A stretch of 63,967 bases of DNA, the filler included, from Octopus bimaculoides (taxonomy: Eukaryota): assembly GCF_001194135.2 (NCBI RefSeq). It is 10 parts of 10 records of this genome, joined end to end, with 100 filler letters (N's around TTAATTAATTAA, not from the genome) between each part and the next. Parts side by side here need not be neighbours in the genome. Positions count along the whole stretch, not along the records: positions 1 to 21,059 come from NC_068982.1; 9 more parts are not named here. The stretch is one strand, 5' to 3'. The stretch's first letter is position 1; every line of letters begins with the position of its first letter. The position numbers and the translations under genes are program-made. The notes beneath the pieces were generated by a model. The model saw only the letters and a program-made list of their open reading frames with translations, was not told the DNA's origin and made no database searches. Positions 1 to 13,480 of the stretch are shown piece after piece.

Positions 1-77
<77 letters not shown>

Positions 78-110
78 TACACATATATATATGTGTGTGT
101 ATGTGTGCAT
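1..110. repeat. (AT)n/(CA)n microsatellite; many further AT, CA, CT, ATCT, ATGT and GGAT tracts, most flanking gaps
   Basis: Read directly, e.g. (ATCT)n 4420-4495, (ATGT/GGAT)n 27250-27620. Confidence 0.98.
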
Positions 111-1739
111 TGATGTATCTGTATGTGTATATGTGAGGTTTCAGGCTCTCATTAATGAAGAAAAAACAGAAGACATAACGAAAGCAAATATCTAGTAAGT
201 GGCAAAAACATTTGAGGTGAAAAAAAGAAACAAATGTTGGTACGAATGAAGATAGTTTTAAAAGTTGTTTCTTCAATTATAAATGCACTTTTAGGCGTAA
301 GAAGATAAGCATTATAAACTTATAAATGCTACTTGAAATTCTGTCGACTGGTCATTCATGGATCACTATACACTATATATAAATGGAGTATAATGAGATT
401 TCTCTCCACCAAAGAGAAAAATATATAATACCCAAATGGAGATTTTGCACAAAAGAACAGAAACAATGTCACAATGTCGTCATGAAAACAAATTATACCT
501 AACAAGCCTAAATTGTAAAATAAAACCTGTTCGTTACAAACAAATCGCTTTGTTAAAACACTCTATCTCGTACGCACTGAACACCAACGATAATTCCGTT
601 AACATTTCAAGAAATAACTTTGTGGTGTATGCAGGGTGTGCAGAAATAGAAAAGTAGTCTACTTAAATGCAATAATTATATTTACTATACAAAATTTATT
701 TAGAACTCTTTACTTTTTCGTTTTTCCTTAATATCATTTGCAAACAAGCTACCATAAAGAACTCATAATATATCGTTGTGTACATTCACGTAACCAACAA
801 GATATAACTTCCTGGATTGACTTACATATACATTCTGATTTAGGTATTTTTACACTCACCGCATTAATTGTGTGAACATTAATTTCACTTTTAGTTGCCA
901 TGCTCATTTGCAACACTCATTAATATTTTCAAGTAAATTAATCTCAGAATGAATGACTGTCGTCTAGTGGCATGTTGGATTTGGAGGTTTATTGAATCGA
1001 CTGGGGTTTAATGAATTGTCTTATCCCGACCTCTGAACGTGCTGGCCTTGTGTCAAAATTTGAAATCAATATTTACTTTGAAGGTAAGGCTGCGAGCTGG
1101 CAGAATCGTTAACACGCCGGGCAAAATGCTCAGAAGGTGTTTATAATCCATAAAAAAAAACACGAAAAATCGTTGTGTCAAAATATTTTCGTCGATTTGA
1201 AACCGCGACCTCTTCACTGACAAAATTCACTGACAAAATTTCGCAATTTCTTTATGAATGACCTGCTCAGATGATGATTTGTTTACGGTGATAAAATATT
1301 TGAGCTGCACTGTCTCCGTTACATCGACACTTCCTGTGCAGTTGCACTGTGTGTCACGCGTAATGTGTCTAAGTGAGATGAACACACGACCCGGTTCGGG
1401 AATCGAAACTATAATTCCGCGATCGTGAGTGCAACTTCCTAACCACTAGGCCACCACCCTCTCTCTTATACACCCCCCACACACAAACTCACGCACACGC
1501 ACATACACACACACACATACATATGTTTGTATACATTTATTCAAATATATATACATAAATATATTTCCACTCTGTGTTGGCCCCTTGTGGGTAATAAAAA
1601 AATCTCAAATATATATACATATACCTGTATGTATGCATCTTCTATTTTTTAATTATTATAAATCTTCCACTGAGGAAGGAGTCGGGTTCCAACAAAGATA
1701 GAAGACTACATCTTTGAGATGTAGTTAACACAGAAAAAT

Positions 1740-2299
1740 TCACATTTGGAACTTGAGAAAAATCTTGCTTATTTTGACTGTTCCGCTCACAGATTGCATT
1801 TGTAATGAACTAATCAGCCGGTCGATTTCTCTTTCTGAAAATCCCAGTTTATCCAGATTCTCCTTTAAGCATTTACTAACAAAACCTAGTGCTCCAATCT
1901 TTGTTGGTGAGATTATGAATTCGTAGTCTGGATATAGAAGCTGGAGGTTTCGAAACAGATGTCCATAGATATCCTCTTTTTCTTTGACTTTCAAAGATAT
2001 ATTTTTATCTGCAGGGCAGCTGACCTCTATGACAGTACATACCTTTGCTCTTCTGTCCCAAACAACAATATCCAGCCTTTTATGTTTACATTTGATAGAA
2101 GTTTTGATGGGAATGGAATATTCCACCAGTATTCCTTGAGTTGGTGTTTATGAATGTAACAGAGGGATTTTCTAAGTTTATTTCAGGACAGTCTTTTTTG
2201 CGGTTGGCATTGTACATTTGCTTTAGTAACAACATTGTGCCACATAGGGAGGTAATACCGTGATGACATTTTAGGACAGTAGCTAGTCACATGCGTGAT
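1740..2299 (-). mobile_element. 3' fragment of a non-LTR retrotransposon with restriction-like endonuclease (RLE)
   Basis: HVTSYCPKMSSRYYLPMWHNVV (C-terminal half of a CCHC knuckle), then after a frameshift RLDIVVWD..IEVSCP..K.KEK..Y (PD-(D/E)xK nuclease) and P..IGALG. Confidence 0.8.
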
Positions 2300-4420
2300 G
2301 TCTGTCTGTCTGTCTGTATATATATGTGTATGTATATGCATATACACATAATTATATAATTATATATATATTTACATATATATATATTTACTTATATTTA
2401 CATTTCATAATATACAGCACCCGTCATATCCCACAAAACCCAGAGCATAACGTTTTTTATGTGTACTCCTGATTTGGGAATGAAGTCTTTTTTTCCCATT
2501 CGATGCAAACCATTGTCACTTATTCTATTCACTGCAATCACTCACACTTTGTCGTATGTCCACGCTGTCATACAGTTGAATTGTGCCGTAGTATGGTTTT
2601 CGATTACACAAACACTGACAAGCTTTGGTTGTACGGCGCCAATGATTTTTATTATTCACCTAAAAATGTCTAGCAACAGCTTGCCTGCCGAGTAAAGAGA
2701 TATAAGTGACATTAGTTGGTTAGTTTGATGGATAAAAATGAGGCTCAAATTGAAAGATTGTTCGATAGATAAATATTAAGTATTGTTTTTAGATAAATAG
2801 ACAAATATAGTGATGCATTGATTCAGTGTTATTGACTGTAGAACAGAATGTAACAAAGTCTAATAAAATCGTTCAACGTGTTTATTGGTGATGTTAGACA
2901 TGTCTGACGGTCATACATCAGTATCGATTGTCTTATTTTGCCGTTTTTGACATATCTAGCATCGGTTAAGTGCCATTTATCGATTTCAAGTTAAATTTTC
3001 AGATATTTATTTGTTACTTTTTGTATTTCGTGACATTTCGTGTTGGATATTCAAAGAAGAAACTAAGAAAAAAAAAAACTACAACAACAAAAACCAAAAA
3101 TAAAAGAAAAGAGTAGCAGGCGCTTGAATATACAGGAGTGGGCGTAAGGCTATCATCTGAAGAGTTATCAGTTCATACATCGTATCAACGGAAAAGTCAC
3201 TTATATCTCAATCGGTCATATCCACGTCAGTGGATACTACTGTCTACTACTGATCAAAGATGGAAATAGGAAAGACAACATAAAATTGACGTTTAGTGTT
3301 TTTCTTTTGATGTGTTTCAGTGCTGAGTTCGACTCTTTCCTGCGGACACAGCGTGAACAAAGACAACTATAACCAAGCTGATTTTCCGAAGATATACAAC
3401 ATATATAAGAGATATTTGCTGGTACATTCCGATGTTAGTAGTTCTAGAATTCTCTCTTAAATTAAAATAAATATAATTTGCTTTATGTATATCAAATGCC
3501 ATTGATATATCATTTTTCAATCACTAGTTCCACACTTGAAGCTCCACTTTCGATTTTAGGTAATAAATTGTGTGACTGCCATCTGTTTAACTTTAGGGGA
3601 TGGAAAGAATTTTCTTTCTGTAAATCAAAAGTTGCAATCTAATTTATGTAACAGCAGCAAGTATCTTTGGTACATGACGACAAAATCTAAAGCAGCTTCC
3701 TACAATAATTTAGTTTCGCAATCACAGAGTAGACACACGTCTCTCTCTCAAACTTGGATGCTTAACATTCTTTAAAAATATTCAAAAGCTACATTTAGTG
3801 CACTACTAGAACTCAAAGATCATTAAGTCTATTTTTCTCTGGTTATTATGGATCAGAAAAGGGAATTTAATCGAATAAATTGGCTTCAGTAGCTTACAGC
3901 TTATTACATGTCCCGAGCATTGAAGAATAATTTCTGCATTGGTGGCATTTGAACTCGCGGATATGCGGTCATACTTGCACGTAACGTTTTGATTCATGGG
4001 CCTGAGGCAGTATTTTTCTGTCAGTAACTGTATGTATAAATGTATTCATATGACAAGAATAAATGACCCTGTGAGGAAGATTCTATGCAGTCGTTTGTGC
4101 GGCTAAAAATAGCAGTAAGTTCTCTCACATCAAAAATTACTGCCTTAAATCAGGAACAACTCAGTGGAGAATATATCTCTACATAAAAACAGAAAAAGCA
4201 ACAAAAAAAAAGACGAAACGCTCAAGCCTGGAACACTTTTCATCATAGATCAAATTGATAATGGTTCTCTGTGGTTAAACAAGAAATAACAAGACATAAA
4301 GTATCAATGTGTGTAGGTGCATACGTGATGCAGACGACTGTAAATATATAGATGCATACATACATAAATGCATACATACATGCATACATATACACATACA
4401 TATGTATATATATGCATATG

Positions 4421-4495
<75 letters not shown>

Positions 4496-4589
4496 GTTTG
4501 TATGGAAAGGGGTAGTTCTACATCGATTAACGATATTGGAAATTCTGCATGGGTATAAACAGTAGTACATATACACGTGTAGAATTTCC

Positions 4590-4633
<44 letters not shown>

Positions 4634-4935
4634 NNNNNNNNNNNNNNNNNNNNNNNNNNNNNNNNNNNNNNNNNNNNNNNNNNNNNNNNNNNNNNNNNNN
4701 NNNNNNNNNNNNNNNNNNNNNNNNNNNNNNNNNNNNNNNNNNNNNNNNNNNNNNNNNNNNNNNNNNNNNNNNNNNNNNNNNNNNNNNNNNNNNNNNNNNN
4801 NNNNNNNNNNNNNNNNNNNNNNNNNNNNNNNNNNNNNNNNNNNNNNNNNNNNNNNNNNNNNNNNNNNNNNNNNNNNNNNNNNNNNNNNNNNNNNNNNNNN
4901 NNNNNNNNNNNNNNNNNNNNNNNNNNNNNNNNNNN

Positions 4936-4967
<32 letters not shown>

Positions 4968-4972
<5 letters not shown>

Positions 4973-6134
4973 AGTTGGAAAACTTGGAGAATGGCTCCAT
5001 GACTTTCTAAAAGATAGAAGTCAGGTAGTGGTGGTCAGCGGGGCCACCTCCGTGGAAAAACAAATAATGAGTGGTGTTCTACAGGGCACTGTCTGGGGCC
5101 ACTGCTATTCATATTGGCCCTCTCTGGCATGTCCTCAACTGCTCAAGTGGCCACCTTGCTAGTTATGCAGGCGATACAAAAGTCTCTCAGAAGATACAGA
5201 ACCCTGGAGACGTTGTGCACCTACAACGTGAGTTGGGATGCAATATACAGGTGGGCTGAGGAAAATAATATGCAGTTTAATGATGGAAAATTCCAAACCC
5301 TGCTCTACCAATACAGGAAGCTCAATGGAAAGCAGATAAGATACACTGTCTCAGGAGGGATTGCAATCCTTGAATAAATATCAGTGCATGACCTAGGCAT
5401 CGACATGAGTAATGATTCATTTTTCCTGGTGAACATTACCAAGTTGGCATTAAGATGCAAACGCTTGACCGTGTGGATCCTTCGATCTTTCAAAACAAGA
5501 GAAAAGAAAAGCATGATGGTCCTCTGGAAGGCTTTCATTTTCAGCCGTCTGGATTACTGCTCCCAGCTGTGGTCACCAAACAATGTAAAATTAATGACAG
5601 AACTCGAGGCGATCCAGCGAAACTACACAGAGAAGATAGATACAAAGTGACACATCAGCTACTGGGGGAGACTGAAAGAGTTAAGACTCTACTCCCTGGA
5701 GCGAAGGCGGGAAAGATGTGTAGTAATATACATTTGGAAAACCCTAGAAAAATCTATGCCAAACTTTGGAATTATCAGTTACATAAACAGCAAGACGGGG
5801 CGCCACTGCATAGTACTAAAACTCCCAACATTGCTATCAGGATACAGAACCAGTTACTGCAACTGCTTGGACTTCAAAGGCCCACAACCCTTCAATATCC
5901 TTCTACAGAGCCTGAGAGACCTGCATGGTGTGGATGTAGGCTTTTTCAAAACAAAACTGGATCTCGTTTTGTGAAGAGTTCCGGATGAACCTTCTTCAAG
6001 TTAAGAAACACAGATGAGGGTAGCAACGTCAAACTCCTTCATTCACCAAATGTTACATATCAGAGGAGGTTTAGTAAAAGTGTAGCAGAGTTAACGGCAG
6101 TGCCTCAGCATGGCCGCAATTGTTGGACTGAAAC
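4968..6134 (+). mobile_element. 5'-truncated CR1/L2-group LINE (RT C-terminal half plus 3' UTR), frameshifted
   Basis: GKLGEWLHDFLKDRSQVVV, YAGDTK (mutated YADD), FSRLDYCSQLWSP, LEAIQRNYT, LYSLERRRER across frames. Same family as 22875-25690. Confidence 0.85.
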
Positions 6135-6989
6135 TAAGAACAAAAATATATGTGTGTGTATGTGTATGTGTGTGTCTAAGTATATTGTCGAGGTTTTTTC
6201 TTCATGGTTTACATTTTCCCACCAGCCTGATGGGCATTAAACGGCCAGGGCGGATTGAACTCAGTATTGTAAGCAAACGAGCTGTGACGCAAACGTTTAC
6301 AGTTGAGAATCACACAACTTGCGTCACTCATTTAGTACTTTGTGACCGCGACCATGAAGACTACTTGGCGACAAACATAATAAAACGCTGATGTCGGGTC
6401 ACGTAGCGCTTGATAATCGGGAATCAATCGCCTGGACGATATCTTTTCTTAATACATAATCGTATATCAATGTTATTTAGAGAAATAGTAGAAAGAACGT
6501 TATTGGTTTACTATCAGTTTCATTGCATAAAAGCCAGATGGATGAGTAGATAGAGTATTGGATAGTCAACTGAGAAACCGGTCGTTTGTAGTCTGTCACT
6601 GATGCAGTATAGCCTCCGTTGTTAAGATACATGGCTCCCAAATAGATCAGTCAGCCTAGCTGCAAACTGGGGAGTAGTAACTTGCTTTTATGAAAAGCAC
6701 CAATAGTTTAAAATAAGTAGTCAGTTTCCAATGACAGATTCAGCTTTTTCTGAAACTATATCTAGAAATGGAGGATTTAGATCCACTGGTCTGCATTAGC
6801 AGTTAACAGGAATTCTAACTCATAGATGAAGGCTTTGATTATAAAATGTCATGTTAAGAGACGGCTTCGGTTGGTGACTACAGCTAAATTGATAAGTGCA
6901 CATCGCACGCACGAACGAATACTCCTTCACATATATATATACACAGACACAGACAGACAGATAGACACACATACATACATACATACATA

Positions 6990-7790
6990 CATGCATTGTT
7001 ATTATCATTATTTAACATTCGTTTGCCATGCTGGCATAGGTTGAATGGTTTGACAAGAGCTGGCAAGCTAGAGAACTGCACCAGGCTCCAGTCGGATTTG
7101 GTATGGATATTACGACTGGATGCCCTTCCTGACACCAACCACTTAACAAAGTGTGCTGGAAGCTTTTACATAGCACCGCACGGACGCTTTTACGTGGCAC
7201 CTCCACGAGAGCTTTTTACGTGGCACTGGCACAGGGAGATCAGTCTCAAAGTATCTGCTGTGAAGTTTGGGTCTTCTTGAGTATACCAAGGCGCCAAGCA
7301 TTCTGGTCCTTTGTCATCTCATCTAAAAGATTCCTCGTCCTGAGGTCATTCTTCAGTGCTTCATTCCTGGGTCTCCCACTTACACGTGTTCCATTTACTT
7401 TGAGAGATCGGCACTTCTTTATGAAGCTGTTGGCATCCATCCGCATCACATGACCAAACCAGCGCAGTCTCCTCTCTTGCCCACTGTATCTAATTCCTCA
7501 TATGACTAACTTCTTTCTCAATACACTAACACTCTATCGAACATGTACACTTACATTACACATCCAGTGGAGCATACTAGCCTCATTCCTCTCTAACATT
7601 AGCAGTATGTTCTTTACATCCAGGACCCACGTCTCACCACCATGTAGAATTGCTGTCCGTAAACACACATCATACAATCTTCTTTTCACACGGAGAGAGA
7701 AACATTTCATAGCCAACAGAGATAATAACTCTGAATTTCCTACATCCTATTCTTATTCTAGCTATCAAATTCTCCGTGCATCGTCACCCA
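6990..7790 (-). mobile_element. RTE-clade LINE 3' fragment
   Basis: KRRLYDVCLRTAILHGGETW and FGHVMRMD...GTRVSGRPR. 3' UTR matches the RTE tail at 47840-48195. Confidence 0.8.
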
Positions 7791-8408
7791 CATACATACA
7801 TACATCCACACACACACACACGCACACACACACACACACACACACACNNNNNNNNNNNNNNNNNNNNNNNNNNNNNNNNNNNNNNNNNNNNNNNNNNNNN
7901 NNNNNNNNNNNNNNNNNNNNNNNNNNNNNNNNNNNNNNNNNNNNNNNNNNNNNNNNNNNNNNNNNNNNNNNNNNNNNNNNNNNNNNNNNNNNNNNNNNNN
8001 NNNNNNNNNNNNNNNNNNNNNNNNNNNNNNNNNNNNNNNNNNNNNNNNNNNNNNNNNNNNNNNNNNNNNNNNNNNNNNNNNNNNNNNNNNNNNNNNNNNN
8101 NNNNNNNNNNNNNNNNNNNNNNNNNNNNNNNNNNNNNNNNNNNNNNNNNNNNNNNNNNNNNNNNNNNNNNNNNNNNNNNNNNNNNNNNNNNNNNNNNNNN
8201 NNNNNNNNNNNNNNNNNNNNNNNNNNNNNNNNNNNNNNNNNNNNNNNNNNNNNNNNNNNNNNNNNNNNNNNNNNNNNNNNNNNNNNNNNNNNNNNNNNNN
8301 NNNNNNNNNNNNNNNNNNNNNNNNNNNNNNNNNNNNNNNNNNNNNNNNNNNNNNNNNNNNNNNNNNNNNNNNNNNNTATATATATATGTGTGTATATATA
8401 TTTATGTC

Positions 8409-8440
8409 ACAAAGAGATGACACCGGTGTCATATCTTTGT
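8409..8440. repeat. 32-bp palindrome with one mismatched pair
   Basis: ACAAAGAGATGACACC|GGTGTCATATCTTTGT. Confidence 0.9.
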
Positions 8441-9548
8441 TTTCTATTACCATTCTACACCCATCTATCGTTGTGTTCTGGACCATTAGAGCATACGTAT
8501 CTTGAGTTCTACACCAGTCTCTCTATGTCGAAGCGAAATATTAATATATATATAAAACATGCTTGTGATCTCCAAAGAGAAGATAAACTGTTTTCGCTTC
8601 TAATTTTTAGAAATTTTTACTATTTGATAGGATAAGATTCATCATCGAAACCAGTAATATTCTATATTTTCTTTATATAATTTAAAAATTATTTTATTAA
8701 ATTCCTTCGAAATTGAAAAGTCTTAGATTTACTTCTGTGCTATTTCCACCTCCACCTTTTAAATATATAGTCTTTCATGCACACACGCACACACACACAT
8801 ACCACAAACACACACACACACACATTCCCTGAAGAACAAGCTAATTCACTCTAATTAAATCGTTAATTTCACTGACGAAGCTGTGAATGCTACGCAATAT
8901 TATCCTAATACCCTAGAAATCCGTAACGAATTCATAAAAAAATTAGTAAATTCTGAGACAATATTTATTTCTTGGCAAGAAAATTTTTACTGTTTCTTTA
9001 TTTACTGTAGTTTCAGTTGTAATAAAAATTGTTTCAATATAATTTGACATGCCAAATAAACACTTATTTCTTAAGCAAAGTTGGAGCACCACCACCAAGC
9101 TCTTATATCGAAAAACTTTCGTTCGTTTTCATATGTCGATTCATTATCATTTATAGTTTAATATACTCTAAGTTGTTTGCTACAAATTCATCGATTTGTT
9201 ACAACTAAGATATACTAGCATATAAGTAGATGGTATTGCATCTTTCATCGTTAAAAGTTAAAACGAGAAAAAATATTAAAGTCGACACTTATAGTGTAAT
9301 TAAATACTAGACTTTATGGTAATTGATACTATATTGAACATCGGTTGTTACTTTTTAAGTATTACTAAAGTGTCATTCAAAATACTTTTTACTACCACTC
9401 AGAAATTGAAGTTATACTTGAAATGCTCTTTGGAAATATCCAAAACTCTCGATTTAACATTTTCATTTTTGAAATTCAATTAACAACACGTTTAAAGCTG
9501 AGAAGTATACTTAAAGAAATAAAGTAAACGTTATATATGTATTGCATG

Positions 9549-9584
<36 letters not shown>

Positions 9585-10020
9585 NNNNNNNNNNNNNNNN
9601 NNNNNNNNNNNNNNNNNNNNNNNNNNNNNNNNNNNNNNNNNNNNNNNNNNNNNNNNNNNNNNNNNNNNNNNNNNNNNNNNNNNNNNNNNNNNNNNNNNNN
9701 NNNNNNNNNNNNNNNNNNNNNNNNNNNNNNNNNNNNNNNNNNNNNNNNNNNNNNNNNNNNNNNNNNNNNNNNNNNNNNNNNNNNNNNNNNNNNNNNNNNN
9801 NNNNNNNNNNNNNNNNNNNNNNNNNNNNNNNNNNNNNNNNNNNNNNNNNNNNNNNNNNNNNNNNNNNNNNNNNNNNNNNNNNNNNNNNNNNNNNNNNNNN
9901 NNNNNNNNNNNNNNNNNNNNNNNNNNNNNNNNNNNNNNNNNNNNNNNNNNNNNNNNNNNNNNNNNNNNNNNNNNNNNNNNNNNNNNNNNNNNNNNNNNNN
10001 NNNNNNNNNNNNNNNNNNNN

Positions 10021-10053
<33 letters not shown>

Positions 10054-11883
10054 ATGTATGCATGTATGTATGTATGTATGTATGTATGTTTCTTATTTCT
10101 GTTGTACCTGTATTTTCAAAGGGCCAGCCTTGCCATACTGTGTCACGCTGAATCTCCCGAGAACTACATTAAGGGTACATGTGTCTGTAGAGTGCTCACG
10201 AGCAGGCTGTTCCGTTGATCGGATCAACTGGAACCCTCGTCGTCGTAAATGATGGAGTGCCACGAGTACGAGATGTCTCATAACATGGTTTTGGACGGGT
10301 TCTTCATTGACTGCGCTGTGGAGTGGTGGTTCGTCTCTAAATTAGTTATATACGTATATTATATATTACGAAATTCGGTCTAATATTATTATACTGAATT
10401 TTACCTGTAAGGTTGGTATAATAATTTATTCCCTAATATTATTATTATGAGTGGTAAGTAGCTTGCTTACCAACCACATGGTTCCGGGTTCAGTCCCACT
10501 GCGTGACACCTTGAGCAAGTGTATTCTACTATAGCCTCGGGCCGACCAAAGAAAAAAAAAACTGAAGACGAAGTGAAATACGAATCGAAACTGCATCGCT
10601 GTATCAGTTGGTCTATAATGCAGTAAACAGTTATAAATTGCTTTATTTTTCTAACAAAACCAAAACCATTTAAATCATCGAAATTTAGATATTTTTAAAG
10701 ATCACAGTTGGCTGAGTTAAAATGTTACCAGGAAATATTGAAGTTTCGTATCGCGTAACATGTTTTGAAATATGGCGAAGGCATGAAACTGTATACACAT
10801 GTTTATAAAAGCATTAGCAACTTTATAAAGGACAATAAATAAATAAATAAATAAATAAATAAAAAATACAACAAAATCGTATTCACCATTGAAATTAACG
10901 TTTTGTATTAAGCAACATTTTAATAATAATTTTTGTTGTAGGTGATTTATCTGTCGTGAAACGATCGTATTAATTTCTTCAATGTCCAAGAGCCAAGGTA
11001 TTCATCAATTTTTCAATCAACACGAATGAATTGTAAATGAATGCGGTGAGATTCAAACTTCTCTCTTCGTCACACCAACAAGGTGTCATACTAACCTCTG
11101 AAATATCATTAATTAAAACGACCCCACCACAATAAAAAGAAAAAAAGAAACCTTGTTAATTAATTTTACAGCGTTGCTTTTGCTTGCTGAATAATTTGCT
11201 TGCTGAATAATTTGAGACCAAAATAATTTTGATCAAAACTCAAAAGTAACCTCAGGATACAAACCACCAATTATAATTGTCTGGATGTTCCTAACAGTTT
11301 CGATTCGCCCATCCACATTTACTTCAGATTCATATTATCATTTCCATGTAAGTTCCAGTATATATAACACAACAATGTGAGTTAACTCATAACGTTGAAT
11401 ATCCATAACTATCTCCACGAACTACATGAAGTCGTTGTTTTGCGCTGAATTTATTTCATAGTTTTATAGGGATAATAAATCAATCCCTCTTTCCTGGAAT
11501 GTCCAACTGTTGGGTTCAGGGCCTCACTCAGTTAATACAATGAAATGGTCCTTTGAAATATAAAGCGAATGGGCAGAGTTATTAGAGCGTTGAGTTGAAT
11601 GCTTTTCAATATATTTTCTGAATCATTGCGATATGAGTTCGAATCCCACCGATGCCTTTCGATATCAGAATCGGTACAAAATAATTACCAGTCCAGGGTG
11701 GTGGTGGATTGGTGCATTTTGTTAGATCATCGGACAAAACGCTTTACGGTATCCGTTCCTGCTCAGTTCATTTCGAGTACAAATACCTCACCGTCACCAG
11801 AAAAGACATGCATATACATACGTATAAGCACACATACACAACACTCGTATCTATCTATCTATCTATCTATCTATCTGTTCTTT

Positions 11884-12076
11884 TATTCTTTGATTTGTTT
11901 CAGTCATTTGACTGCGGCCATGCTGGACCACCACCTTTAGTCGAACGAATCGACCCCAGGGCTTATTCTTTGTAAGCCTAGTACATATTCTATCAGTCTA
12001 TTTTGCCGAACCGCTAAGTTACGGGGGACACAAACACACCAACATCGATTGTCAAGCGATGGTTGTGGGGGGGACA

Positions 12077-12157
<81 letters not shown>

Positions 12158-12305
12158 GACGAGCTGCTTTCAGTTTCCGTCTACCAAATCCACTCACAAG
12201 ACTTTAGTCGGTCCGAGGCTATAGTAGAAGATACTTGCAGTGGGATTGAACCCGGAACCATGTGGTTGGGAAGCAAGCTTCTTACCACACAGCCACGCCT
12301 GCGCC
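11884..12305 (-). mobile_element. SINE family A copy; a diverged partial copy follows to about 12510
   Basis: Reverse complement of the 20129 copy with a long internal (CA)n. Confidence 0.85.
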
Positions 12306-12312
12306 ATATACT

Positions 12313-12362
<50 letters not shown>

Positions 12363-13099
12363 TGTGCGTGAGACGGACTTCCGCACATTTTCCGTTTATC
12401 AAATTCACTCACAAAACAGTTTTGGGACCGCGGCAATAGTAGAAGACACTTGCTCAAGTTGTCCCGTAGTGGGAGAGCACCCGAAAGACATGGCTGCGAA
12501 GCGAACGTCTTAAGCGCACAACTAGGGACGAAGCTTTGTGTCAGATCAAGGTGAGTGGCACTCTCAGGAAACCTTTTCATATTAACTCTGGTATTTTTCT
12601 GGTGGACACATTGTCTCCCTAACTGTTATGCTAATTATTGATTATATCATGACCACGTGATTTCGGTTTGGTTCTACTTCGTAGTACCTTGAATAAGTGG
12701 TACCTTTGTAGCAACGGGATGAATAATGCATTGTGATTGAAATTTTGTGGACGGAAACTGTGGAATTTTTTCAAGGAAAAGTTTGTAGAATACAAAAGAT
12801 GGATAACACGATAACACGATAACACGATATTAGTTAATCTAGATTATACTGACAGTTAATAAACATTATACAACGATCACAACATCTGTAGAACCTACAT
12901 TTCCCTAGTTTTGACCATGTTGATGATCTTACTCTCAGCTAATCAGTTGCGTAGTCCATAAGGCTTTATCGACACCAATTGAGAATGCTGCAACGTAATT
13001 AAAATTGATCTGCACCTCAATGTATAGAAAACAGACTACATAACTATCTTTCAACATGAAAGGTATTTTTAAATTTGTTCCAATGATGGCACGCAACTG

Positions 13100-13480
13100 A
13101 AGGGAATTAATGACATCAGGTACCTTGGGCTCTATATTATTGACAGTACGAAAAACGTATTGACATGCAAGGGATCAGTTTGCAAACTTCAAAATATCTC
13201 GCAAACAAGTATTTTGAAGTCAACGAAGTTGGTTCTCCTCGGGGTATATGTATTCTTATCTAATGTAATTGAAACGTGGACAACGAAGAGAGGGAGCTTC
13301 AAATTTGCCTTGAAGGTGCATACGCCAAGCTTCTCATGAAACTAAAACATTTCATGGTGTGAACATATTCCACCCACCTCTAATATCGTTGCTCAATGCT
13401 AAGTTGTAATTGCTGGTCACTGCTATCGTGCTGAACTACAGGCAATATTAGAAGTTATATTTTGGAGGCATCCACACCTT
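13100..13480 (+). mobile_element. Highly decayed RTE-like RT relic
   Basis: Scattered motifs YLGLYIDST, ETWT, EGAYAKLLMKL, AGHCYRAE..I.EVIFW with many stops and frameshifts. Confidence 0.55.

Noticed and set aside
3100-4020. Several short frames with coding-like look on both strands
   Set aside because: No recognisable motif and frequent stops; lengths within chance expectation.
6625-6645. AG|A TAC ATG GCT CCC (RYMAP), like the receptor kinase RYMAPE exon start
   Set aside because: Followed by AAA TAG; no EVL or downstream similarity.
10562-10600. CTGAAGA..CGAAAC hammerhead-like string
   Set aside because: Derived from the SINE A AAACTGAAAGAAG segment; stems do not form.
12470-12550. 81-nt open segment between TAG| and |GTGAGT
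   Set aside because: Aligns with the reverse complement of the SINE A head; a diverged SINE with a chance donor.
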